A stretch of DNA of 63,222 nucleotides, counting the filler, from Stramenopiles sp. TOSAG23-6 (Eukaryota), in assembly GCA_900128565.1 (NCBI GenBank). It is 2 parts of 2 records of this genome, joined end to end, with 100 filler letters (N's around TTAATTAATTAA, not from the genome) between each part and the next. Parts side by side here need not be neighbours in the genome. Positions count along the whole stretch, not along the records: positions 1 to 31,740 come from LT635960.1; 1 more part is not named here. One strand, 5' to 3'. The translations under genes were made by a program, and so were the position numbers. The notes below the pieces were generated by a model. That model had not been told where the DNA came from. It saw only the letters and a list, made by a program, of their open reading frames with translations, and did no database searches. How positions within the stretch are numbered: the first letter of the stretch is position 1; every line of letters begins with the position of its first letter. This document shows, piece after piece, positions 1-10,600 of this stretch.

Positions 1-880
1 TAAACCAATGCAAGGTTATTATCTTGATTCTAATGAACCAAAAGCATGTACTGCTCGAACTAAGGCACAATGTGTAGCGGCGAGTAAAGATAAACCGAAC
101 CCTATTGCTTTAAACACTGTTTGTTCTAACAAGAATACTTTGACTGCCCAGGTTACTGATGCTAATGGATGTGAAGCTTGTGCGGCTGGTTCTTTTGGAA
201 AAAGAAATTCTGGTGAATGTGGTAATTGTACCCCAATTGCTGGCCATGCAACCAATTCAGTAACTACATGCGCCACAGATGCGGATAAAGACACCGCACT
301 TGCATCATCATATGATATCACGGCTGCAACAGATGGCGCACACAAGGGACTTAAATGTGAACCAGGAAAGTTTTATGAGAAAGGGACTAGTGCGGCGGCA
401 ACGTGCTCAGATTGCGGAGATGGCAAGACGAAGTGCTATGAATGCAGCGCAAAGACTGGTACAAAAACATGTAGTAAACCAATGCAAGGTTATTATCTTG
501 ATTCTAATGAACCAAAAGCATGTACTGCTCGAACTAAGGCACAATGTGTAGCGGCGAGTAAAGATAAACCGAACCCTATTGCTTTAAACACTGTTTGTTC
601 TAACAAGAATACTTTGACTGCCCAGGTTACTGATGCTAATGGATGTGAAGCTTGTGCGGCTGGTTCTTTTGGAAAAAGAAATTCTGGTGAATGTGGTAAT
701 TGTACCCCAATTGCTGGCCATGCAACCAATTCAGTAACTACATGCGCCACAGATGCGGATAAAGACACCGCACTTGCATCATCATATGATATCACGGCTG
801 CAACATCTGGCGCACACAAGGGGCTTAAATGCAAACCAGGATACTTTTATGCAAAAACGACTGGTGCGGCGGCAACGTGC
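1..880 (+). repeat. 474-bp (158-aa) intragenic tandem repeat
   Basis: taaaccaatgcaagg occurs at 1 and 475; the first ~330 nt of the two units look identical, and they diverge after that. Confidence 0.95.
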
Positions 881-1240
881 ACGGAGTGTGCTGATACCGC
901 TGCGAAATGTTATACATGTAGTAGTACAGCTGCAGCTTCGTGTACTGCACCTCAAGCAGGATATGCTGTTGTCGCTGGAGTTGCAACAGCCTGCACAACA
1001 ACACCTGAAACTGTATGTACAAAAGAAGCAACAAATAAATTGGTAGCTGCCTCAAATGATATGTGTCCAGTATTGAACACCTGTACTGCTGTCAACTCTC
1101 AAACAGCTGCTGCTGGAACTGTGTCCGTGTGTCCAGTTCCAGCACCAGCCCCAACGCCAGGCTCCGGAGGTTCCAACGGTGCAAGTTCTGTCGCTGTAAG
1201 TGTTTTATCTGTAATGGCTTTTGGTGTGTTTTTGCTTTAA
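1..1240 (+). CDS. Cys-rich repeat cell-surface protein (CxxC/furin- or VSP-like repeats) with a C-terminal GPI-type/hydrophobic tail; 5' truncated
   Basis: ORF is open from the window start. It has CxxC-rich repeats, a Pro-rich stalk (PVPAPAPTP), then GSGGSNGASS and a hydrophobic C-terminus (VAVSVLSVMAFGVFLL). Confidence 0.8.
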   Translation, partial: KPMQGYYLDSNEPKACTARTKAQCVAASKDKPNPIALNTVCSNKNTLTAQVTDANGCEACAAGSFGKRNSGECGNCTPIAGHATNSVTTCATDADKDTALASSYDITAATDGAHKGLKCEPGKFYEKGTSAAATCSDCGDGKTKCYECSAKTGTKTCSKPMQGYYLDSNEPKACTARTKAQCVAASKDKPNPIALNTVCSNKNTLTAQVTDANGCEACAAGSFGKRNSGECGNCTPIAGHATNSVTTCATDADKDTALASSYDITAATSGAHKGLKCKPGYFYAKTTGAAATCTECADTAAKCYTCSSTAAASCTAPQAGYAVVAGVATACTTTPETVCTKEATNKLVAASNDMCPVLNTCTAVNSQTAAAGTVSVCPVPAPAPTPGSGGSNGASSVAVSVLSVMAFGVFLL

Positions 1241-1925
1241 GGTTAATTGACCTTTTTGGTATTACTCTCACTTGTTTGAGTGTAGCTGTCGGTATTTAAC
1301 GTTAACTGTTTGTTAAATAAAATTTGATGGCTAAAAATTATCAACAATAAATATCTAGTTTCAGCTTTTTTAGTAAATTGTAGATTCTGTTGTTATGAAT
1401 CTATACGTCTCTGATGTAGGACAACAAATGTCAATTCAACGCATAAATAAAATAACACGGTAATTCTTGTTTACTTTCGAACATAATTCTTATTTTCCTT
1501 CTTCTATAATAGTGTTTTTCCTCAATTTGATTACTTGAGGGCGTATATGAGAGAGCTAAGTGTAAAATATACCCACTGAAATCAACATGAATTTCAGTAG
1601 AGAGTTTTATCGTTATACGGAATATTAGATTCCTGCTAGTTTTTCATTCGTAATATTTTATTTGGAAGATAATAGTGAACTCTAATATTGCATGTCATTG
1701 GCATTTTTCCATAAAATGTATAAAAAATCTCTTCAGATTTTGTTTTTCCCTTCATAAAAGAGTAATTTTCATAAGAATGTCATGATGTAGAATTACGTGC
1801 AGTACATTGAATATGTGATCGTCTAGAGCTACTTTTAGTTTGAAGTTCACACAAACCTGCCTGAAGGAATCGCACGCTGGGCCTGAGGCCTCGCGTAGTA
1901 ATCTAAAGTCGTGTTTACAATTCCT

Positions 1926-2380
1926 GTCGAATCCTATACCGGCCACCTTTTTTTGGTACGAAATTTTGTACCTAATACGCTGATCTGCAGAATATCGACC
2001 AAAAAAAAAAGTTCTTTATATTTTGTGCAATTTCTGACAATATTTCTAGCATTTGTCATTTAAAATATTCAGTCAACAGGAGTCATTATCATGCTAAACA
2101 ATATAAAATGAAATGCAAAAGTGCCTTTAAAGACATTCTATTCCAATTGGTCATGTGCGCTAGTATCACATATCCCAATGAGTAATATCATGTAGTTTCA
2201 CAAAGTTGAATACACTATTTTATATGAAATAAAAGATATAGAGACATCCTTTCTTTTTTATCTATCAAATCTTAAAGCAAGTGAAAATTAAATTTCAATA
2301 AAGGAAACGAGATTTTTTGTAAATTTTTGCTTAGGTACGGATTTTCGTACAAAACCAAAAGTGGCCGTATATGGATGGAC
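1926..2380. mobile_element. Putative MITE-like element bounded by ~50-bp imperfect inverted repeats containing the introner core motif
   Basis: 1926-1975 reads GTCGAATCCTATACCGGCCACCTTTTTTTGGTACGAAATTTTGTACCTAA. The reverse complement of 2331-2380 reads GTCCATCCATATACGGCCACTTTTGGTTTTGTACGAAAATCCGTACCTAA. The interior is AT-rich and non-coding. Confidence 0.5.
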
Positions 2381-2472
2381 GTTCTACCTAATCCACCGCT
2401 CCTCCAAAAATTTCTTCTCGTAAAGATTGAAATTTCTGGCATGACTTTTTGTATGATCATCTTATTCTAACA

Positions 2473-3904
2473 ATGCAAAGAAGCAATAGTGATCCTACAT
2501 CATTCATTGATGATAAAAGTTCTTTCTGGGTAGAGTATACAAAGCGTAGAGTATCGTTGAATAAAGCGGATAAAGTTTCAAAAAAGAAAAGACAGACACG
2601 TGATGAAAAGCTTGCGTTACAAGTACGAGATATGCGCCGATGGCGTTATAAGACAACACACCAAGATACAAAGCTTGTAGATATACATGATGAATCAATG
2701 CAACCTACAGCAGATGAAAAATTAGTATGGACCTCAATTGAAACAATAAATGATCCAAGAGGATCTTCTATTCCAGAAGTAGAGATGTATCTTGAAAGAC
2801 AAAATCGTCGCTGTACAGATATCGCCTTGTGTTTAAAGTGTCTTCGTGATAAGTTGCTAGTTGCACAGTATGGATCAGTTGGTTCACAGAAATTTCCTAG
2901 CAGTATAAGAGTTCTAAATATATATGGTTCCCAGACCTGTGAATATGACTGGTCTGATCCATGTAATCCTGATGAAAAACCAAAAAGAGAATTAACAGAA
3001 ATTCGTTGGTGTTCCATGTGGATGCCAAATTGCCTCAATAGATTAAGAAATCTTCATATGATTAGCATAAAAAACACTACATTAAATACAATTCCTTCTT
3101 CTTGGATTGCTCTATCGCATGTTCTTGAAAGTCTTTGCTTGTGTAATAATAATATTTCCTATATTTCAACTGCTTTATCACAATGTACAAGACTCACTAC
3201 TTTATTATTAAATGGAAACAAAATTGAAAAATTGCCGCCTCTAAATAAATTACAGACGCTTCAAAAATTATGTTTAGGTCAAAATAAGCTTCGTCGGTTC
3301 CCAAGTGGTGTGAGTTCCCTTTTATATCTACATCAATTGATACTTACCAGTAATAGGATTGGTGGTATACCAAGTTCTATAAGTAATTTACAACAATTAC
3401 GAACTTTAGCAATTGGTGATAATTTATTAGAAACCTTACCAGATGCCATAGGGCAGCTTAAACATTTGACACATCTCAGTATCGATAGAAACAAGATACA
3501 AATATTACCCGAGTCAATGGGGAAACTTATTCATTTACGTTTGTTGGATGCTTCCTTTAATCAATTGAGTAATATTCATACATCTATTGATAAAAATACA
3601 GCACTATATGACATGTATGTTTTATTTTTTTTTCAATTTTTAATTTATGTTTTTCGTACGAAATTTTGTACCTAACGAATTAAAAAAATATATTTTTTCA
3701 CAATACATCAACTTGGCCATGAATTTTCTCATGGAACTGCCACGTGTAGTTTTACAAATGACACAATTAACAAAACTTAGTTTAGAAGGAAATCCTTTGA
3801 TGGAGCCAGGAGAGGGAAATGATTGGTTGATACCGCATAATACGCATTATTCAAAAAGTATAATGGCAGCTATAAAAATATCAAGAGATATTATGTTTAC
3901 TTAA
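2473..3904 (+). CDS. Leucine-rich repeat protein (typical 23-aa LRRs); exons 2473-3614 and 3709-3904
   Basis: LxxLxLxxNxLxxLP repeats. Joining ORF 2449..3675 to ORF 3647..3904 gives an intact repeat NTALYDINLAMNFLMELPRVVLQ. Confidence 0.85.
3615..3708 (+). mobile_element. Introner-family intron, GT-AT (94 nt), AT direct repeat
   Basis: GAC AT|GTATGTTTT...GTACGAAATTTTGTACCTAAC...TTTTCACAATACAT|C AAC. No AG occurs inside; removal restores the LRR register. Confidence 0.85.
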
Positions 3905-4099
3905 TTTATAAAATATCAAGATATATTATGTTTACATCAAACAGTTAAATATTTGTACCAAGTATACTTACACTATTAATGATAATACAAAGATGTAGTC
4001 TAGCAATTATAATGTCTATTTAAAAAACAAAATCCAAGATGTACTACACATTACACTATTAAGATATATAAACGTTTCCATAAATGAATAAAATGTAAG

Positions 4100-4207
4100 G
4101 AAAATGTTATATTTACTGAAAATGTTGTATTTAATTTTAATGTTATATTTACTGAAAATGTTGTATTTAATTTTAATATTGTATTTACTGAAAATGTTAT
4201 ATTTAAT
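4100..4207. repeat. AT-rich 36-bp minisatellite (~3 units), intergenic
   Basis: Repeated aatgttatatttactgaaaatgttgtatttaatttt. Confidence 0.8.
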
Positions 4208-4419
4208 TTCAAATTTGTATTTATTTTTAATGTCCAAGTAGATTGTCACACTTTAAAATAAATATAAACTTGTCTCGTATTGTTGCAAAACTATAACATC
4301 AGTAATACATGTTATTATCATTGAAAAATACAGTTCGAGTTGTATAATTTTTTATTATTTTGAAAAATACACTTACTTCAACTCAAACTCAAACCTACAG
4401 TATAACAATCATGGTTTCT

Positions 4420-6384
4420 CTACAAGTATGTATCATGTCTCGCATACATGGCAGATAAAGCAATTCCAAAACCTTGTAACACAGAAAGTGGATGTATTGT
4501 AAAAAAATATTAAAAAAAAAAAATTGTTAGGTGAAAAATTGTAGCACAAAAAGTGAATGTATTGTACAAAAATATTTTTTTAAAAAGTGTTAGGTACAAA
4601 ATTGTATACAAAAAAAATAATTCATGATGAAAACGTACATATGTAACATCACATGAGAAAACATTTTCTTGTAATTTCCCTGATAACAACCATTCCTTCT
4701 TTTCACCATCTTTAGAATCATACAGAATGAAATTTTTGACACTGCTCAATTTTGCTCTTCCTTTAAAATCCAAAGTATGACATTGACGTCGATTATCCCA
4801 TTCTGGTTCTTTATTAGGTAGAGATACTACTCTATTTTGTGAAAAAATATGTTTTTGTAGTAAAAAAAATGTTAGGTACAAAAATTTTAGAATTTGTACA
4901 AACAAAAAAAATAAATTCAAAATTGAAATTTTTAAATTTGAATGAAAACAAACCTGTTTTTTACCATTGAACGTCCACGACTTTCTTTCTCAAAAGTCTT
5001 TTGTAAACCTTCATCACTATTTGAAGGTCGAAATACAACAGGTTGTCCACCAGTATTAACCATGTATTGTTAAACAATATTTTTTTTCAATAAAAAATGA
5101 ATTTTCAACAAGAAAAAAAAAATTTTGAAATGAAATTGAAATAAATGATGAAAACATATAAATACTAAAAAAAAAAAAAAATGATAAATAAATGATAAAA
5201 ACGTACGTTGGTACTAAAGTATCCATAATTCGTGGATGTTTACTAGACACCGTATATTTTATAGATGCTAGTTCTTTTCGAGATTCCATTCGGCCTCGTG
5301 CTTTGCGAGGGGCGAGACCATTATCATATAATAAAAATTCAGTTTTTGTTAAATTGCCACGAACTTTACCAATAAATGACGGATCTTCACGTCCACCCTG
5401 AGGAGTCATTGAAATCATAACATTAACACCTTTTGAAAGAAATTTACTTCGATCTTTTGCAAACATGACAAACTTATTGCCTTTTTTTCGGTCGAGATAT
5501 AATGCATAAATATACTTATTATTGTCATCTAAACCACGTTTCAAAATGCACTTGACTGTCCCGAGTTCTCGTGGTACCGGATTTGTTAAAAAATTACGTA
5601 ATTGATGAGCTGTATCATAATTATATTTAGGCATGCGAGTTGCGAATGATTTGATGGTACGTATACCTGTTGGTTTTGGAGCAATTTCAACAAAACTTTT
5701 GGCTGTTTTCAAATTAGCAGAGTCATCGGAAGTAGCGTCAGAATCGCTAGTAGATGTGTCACTGCTGTCACTGCTTTCAGAGTCTGAAGAAGAACTAGAT
5801 ACATAGTTTCCAATCCCTTGCATGTCAACATTATTGTCTTGAGCTTCATTGAGTTTCTTTCGACGAAAAGATCGAGCGCAAGCATTTGCTACAGCTGTAG
5901 ATTGCTTTCTTTTCGTTGGAGTCACGCCTGAAGACTTTTCATTAAATAACCAATCTAAATCGTCACCAGTGAGATTATCCGGATTCGCAGCATTTACTTC
6001 AACGGCTGGAGGTACTGAAGCAAATGCATTATCAAACATATCATTGACTTCATTTGAATAATTTATAGATTTTGGCTGGTTAGCGGATACGTATCCTGGA
6101 CGGTTTCCAGAATAATTTTGACCCATTTGTGAGTGTCCATTCACTCCATATCCATTATTGTGGTATGGAGAGTGTTTTCCATCTGTATGAGGAGGAAGTT
6201 TTTGACCAGGCATGTAACGTTGTGGTTGTGCCTGTTGAAAATTACGGTTCTGGCGTAATCCAAAATTATTTTGAGAGGGAGGTGCAGAGGGACCCCCCAA
6301 CACATTACCAAAGGGGCTATTATCCTCATTTTGACCTTCCCAAGATAAATTGTCCCAAAAGGGATCATTTTGAAAATCTCCCAT
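4420..6384 (-). CDS. Tubby-like protein; exons 6384-5207, 5061-4954, 4831-4639, 4491-4420
   Basis: Tubby motifs after splicing: FIGKVRGNLTKTEFLLYDNG, RKELASIKY, NKEPEWDNRRQCHTLDFKGRAKLSSVKNF, FSCDVTYPLSVLQGFGIALS. Confidence 0.88.
4492..4638 (-). mobile_element. Introner-family intron, GT-AT (147 nt), with an internally duplicated 3' end
   Basis: TAT|GTACGTTTTCATC...TTTTGTACCTAAC...ACAATACAT|CCA restores the Tubby YPLS motif. The first downstream AG is out of frame. Confidence 0.85.
4832..4953 (-). mobile_element. Introner-family intron, GT-AG (122 nt), AG direct repeat
   Basis: AAC AG|GTTTGTTTTCATT...TTTTGTACCTAAC...TTTTCACAAAATAG|A GTA, giving NRVVSLPNKEP. Confidence 0.88.
5062..5206 (-). 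mobile_element. Introner-family intron, GT-AT (145 nt), divergent; flanks AC/AT
   Basis: CCA AC|GTACGTTTTTATC...TTTAACAATACAT|G GTT. The internal AG leads to a stop codon; there is no clear GTACCTAAC. Confidence 0.75.
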
Positions 6385-6772
6385 TCTATTAAAAACAGAG
6401 AAGTTTGTTCAGTGTATATTCGCTACAGATATAACACACTTTTTATTCAATGCAAAGATTATTTTGATGTCGAAAGAGCAAGGAGAAAAGTTGGAATTCA
6501 AGTGAACATTGAAGATGAAGAAGATCGATCAAATCAATGAAGAATATCTTTTTGGAAAAGTTTTTGATTTTTTGGTTACCCGGTAATGGTCGAGTTCATA
6601 AAATTTTTTATTTTTTACTGCTTTTTTACTCGTGCTTTTCCGTGCTTTTCTCTCTTATCTTTACTATTACTGCTCCAGGGCTCAAGTCAACTGCTGTTTT
6701 TTCCAAACCTTGAGAAAAACTTTATTCACTATTTTTGTATTTCACCGTAAGACATTCTCTTCATATTCAAAT

Positions 6773-7039
6773 ATGGTGAAAATTGTAATTCAATATTGTG
6801 GTGGGTGAGGATATGGTGGTCGTGCTCGGCAATGTCAGGAGTTCCTTGAACAGTCGTTGGGTAAGGGAGGTCAATTTCAAGTGGATCTTTTACGAGACCC
6901 TGGAAAAACTGGAAACTTCGAAGTAACAGTGGATGGAACTTTGGTACATAGTAAAAATAGTAATAACGATGGCTTTGTCGACAGTCAAGAAAAGTTGGAC
7001 AAAATTATCGCCTGGGCTAAAAATAAAAGCTGTGGGTAA
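6773..7039 (+). CDS. SELENOW: Selenoprotein W (Rdx family), UGA-Sec at 6806-6808
   Basis: MVKIVIQYCGGUGYGGRA...TGNFEVTVDGTLVHSKNSNNDGFVD has a CxxU motif and Rdx signature, in frame with ORF 6857..7039, with a SECIS downstream. Confidence 0.92.
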
Positions 7040-7082
7040 CTTGAAATAACTAGTTTTGAGATATTTTATTTGAATACAACGG

Positions 7083-7135
7083 TTGATACTGTTGGTCTGA
7101 AAGCGGATTTTATTATCTGTAGACAACAGTTGACG
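7083..7135 (+). promoter_or_regulatory. SECIS element (type II) in the SelW 3' UTR
   Basis: UGAU core, then a stem ACUGUUGGUCU/AGACAACAGU, unpaired AAA, a mini-stem GCGGAU/AUCUGU, and UGAC. Confidence 0.85.
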
Positions 7136-7691
7136 TAATAATATGTAATAGTATATAGTATATAAACTCAAATATTTATCTTGTACAAAAGCTTTCAACT
7201 TTCACAAATAATTTTGTCTTTTTGGTACGATTTTTGTAATTTTTAATTTTCGTAGTAAAAATTTGGTCAACGCATTCAATCAATTATTGTTACAAGATAG
7301 AGTATTTCTTTTCAATGGATAATATAAATACTTAACTAATTGTGTACAGTCAAAAGTATTTCTTTTGTTGTAATAAATTCCCATTTTCAAAAAATATATT
7401 CTATTATATACCGATGGGTAGTATGAAAATGAAAGCAATTTGACAAATTCGCACAGACCTGCTAAATTGTGAAGCAAGCCAAGCCAGTAAAATTGATCCT
7501 TGATTAAATGAACTGACTTTACAAGTTGACAAGTAGTTTGACGCGCTTGCTNTGTGTGTGTGTGTGTGATAACTCATTTATACCAAATTTACGATTTACA
7601 TAAATTTGTATTCATCTCTGAACTCCCCCAAACAAGCAGCATTGCGGGTGTAGATTTTCCCGTCGAAGGCGACGTGGCCTCTTTGAACCAA

Positions 7692-10600
7692 ATGGCATTG
7701 AATCAGGCTAGTCTAAACGAAGCAGATCTGAATGCCCTACCTGAACAAGAACGCCGTCAAAAGCTTGGAGATGCACTCTACCCACGTGTTTTGTCACTTG
7801 TGAAACCTGGAGAAGTTGGATTTATTGTAGGTATGATTCTCGAAGCAAAACATTTAAGTGTGAGTGATGTCCTTGATTTACTTGTAAATGATAAAGTTCT
7901 CAAATCTACAGTTGAAAACGCAGTCGCCACGCGGCAAAATGGAAATGTTACTACAATGAACGGAAACAGCCAACCAAACAGATCTAATATTCGTAAACTT
8001 TCTCAATCTGATAAAGAGGCCGAAATATCATATCAAAACAGAATCGAGCGATTCCAACGCGATGCTCCAAAAACTCCTAATCGTAATACGAGAGTAGCTT
8101 GGGCTGGTGGAAAGATTACATCAAATAAAGAAGAAGCTACACAGAAGTTCCTGAAACGAGCACAAGCGTCTGGTGTTCCATTAACTCCACATCAAAAGAT
8201 GGCCTTGGAAAAAGTAAATGCAACTGTCACGAAATCTAATACTACAGGTGCTGTAAAAAGTGATGCTTCTGGAGGCACTAAAAAGTTGAAGACGTCGACA
8301 TTAAAAGCAGGTTCAACAAAATTTACTCCTGGAAAAAAAAAGTTAAGCAGTTCTGCGACATCTTGGACACCAAAAACAAAAGGTACCACAGCTCCAACAC
8401 CTGCTAAAGGACATCTTGCGTACCAGAAAGTTGCTCATAAACAATTACAGCAATCGCAAAAATTAACGCCTGTGATTTTGAGTGAAGCAAAACGTTTAGA
8501 TAGTCTCGAACCTGCTGAAAGACGTCAGCAACTGGGTAATATGTTGTATGCGTATGTAAATAATATTGTTGGTGCTGCTAATGCAGGTCGTGTTACGGGA
8601 ATGTTACTGGAAGCTCAGCATTTAAATACTAGTGCATTACTTCTTTTGTGTCAAGATCCAAATATGTTACTTTTTCAAGTAAAGCAAGCTCAAAGTGTCC
8701 TTGGACAAGTTCACTGGGATACTTCTATGCAACAGCAACAACATCATCACCAAATGCAACACTTAAATACACAAATGTCAAATATGAATATGTCACAAAT
8801 GCATCAATATCCGAATCAACATCAACAAAATATGCATATGCGTCACTATAAGAATTCTCAAGGATTGCATAATATCCATGGACAACAACTTCATCATTTT
8901 CCTGTACCATTAAATGTTCAAACACTTCTTAGTTTACCACAAAACGTTCGCGCGCAGAAGATTGGTGATCGTTTATTTCCTCTTGTTACCCGTCTTTCAT
9001 CTCAAGCAGAAGCTGCTGGCATTGTTGCATCACTTTTGAGTGCTAATCATTTAGATACTGCAAAATTAGTTGCACTTACCACTCCCATTGGAAATGAGCA
9101 ACTTGTGCAACAAGTTGCAAAGATTCGTAATTACAAAGCTCAAGTTGCAGAGACGAAACGCAAGGCAGAACAAGACGCATTCCTCAAGGCAGCAAAAGCT
9201 GATGCATTAGCTAAAGAGGAAGCTGCAGCAAAAGCCGAAGCATTATTGGCAGAAGCAGCAGCAAAGGCGGAAGAAGCAGCAAANGCAAAGGCAGCAGCAC
9301 AAGCAGAAGTTTCACGTAAAATGGAAGAAGCAAAACAAGCAGAATTAATGGCAATAAAAGCTCAAAAACAGGCGGATTCTACTGCAAAGCCTGTTGCCAA
9401 GTCTTCACAGTCACAAGTGTCTGCAATTGCAGCAGCAAAAGCTAAATTTTATGCAGATTGTGAACAAATTGTTACGGAATATTATATGAAACATAATAAG
9501 AATAAAGCATCCCACGCTAAAGATGTTATTAAAAGATATGTAGGACGAATGCATGAATTATATGACCAGCTTACAAACAAATATGGTGATAGTAAAATGC
9601 TTGCGTTATTAAACTCACATCGCCCAGCTGGTGCGCGGGAATTAAGAACTCCTGCTAAATCTAATCAATCAAGATCTGATAAATCTAGAAGACCTTCTTA
9701 TTCTAAAGAACAAATCATGGAAATGCGCGAAAAAGAAAAAACAGATAACAAGAACAAATTAGAAGCGGCTCTTGCTGCTGCTCGTGGAGGTGATAGCATT
9801 CGTAAAAACGAGAGATCGGACAGATCTGTTCCAGTACCATTGCGAATGAGTTCTGGAGGTGCTCGTGGTGGTTGGGAAAAAGCAGGTCAGTCTCGTCGAG
9901 AATCTTCACGTGGAGGTGGTCGTGATCGTGATCGTGATCGTAATGTAAGAGGAGGTGATAATGGAAGACGTGGTGGTGATCGTGCTGGTCGAGGGAATGA
10001 TCGTGGTAGTAATAATGGTCCTGGTTCAAATGAATGGGCTGTTGGTGAAGATGTATATAAAATTATTGAAAAAGGTGATGATTTACATATGCTTAAAAGT
10101 GTCATTAAAAAGAAGTGTGGTTCCGAAATACCATCCGATAAACTTGCAAAAGTAGCAGTGATTAACGCTGCACGTCGTGGGCGAACGAAATGTTGTATTT
10201 GGCTTATTGATGTAGGAAAGGCTAGAGTGAATGAAACAACTAAAAAGGGTCAATCACTCTTACATTATGCTGCTTTTGGAGGTTATGAAGAACTTTGTAA
10301 AGCTTTCTTAGCTCGTGGTGCGATGAAACATTTGAAAAATAAAGAATTTAATGAAACTCCAGAAGAGACTGCCTATGCTGCTGGTCATATTTTATGTGCA
10401 AAAATGATTAAACAAGCTGTTGTGCCTACCTCTGATCCAACTGCTGCTGCTGCTGCTGCTCGAGATGCGCGTAGAGCTAATAGACGTGGTAATAAAGGTA
10501 GAAATGGTCGAGGACGTCGAAATCCAAATGAACGTATTCCTGATCACTTGTTAAAAGAAAAAGCCAACACTGGAATTGTGTTTAAAGCGACTGGAAAGAA

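Noticed and set aside
1921-1950. tRNA 3' end or tmRNA 5' end (GTCGAATCCTATACCGGCCACC plus T-run)
   Set aside because: No pairing T-stem or 5' half was found; the sequence is better explained as one arm of the 1926-2380 inverted repeat.
3613-3706. Classical U12-type AT-AC minor introns
   Set aside because: The AT-AC reading works only for AT-flanked copies. The 5' ends lack ATATCCTT, the branch motif is not TCCTTAAC, and the TT-, AG- and AC-flanked copies do not fit.
4100-4207. CRISPR-like 36-bp periodicity
   Set aside because: Tandem units without unique spacers, no cas genes, and a eukaryotic context.
4016-4249. 77-aa ORF with KYNIFS repeats
   Set aside because: It is a translation of an AT-rich minisatellite with no coding support.
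7215-7265. Possible degenerate element remnant (TTTGGTACGATTTTTGTAA)
   Set aside because: Too short and AT-rich to distinguish from chance.
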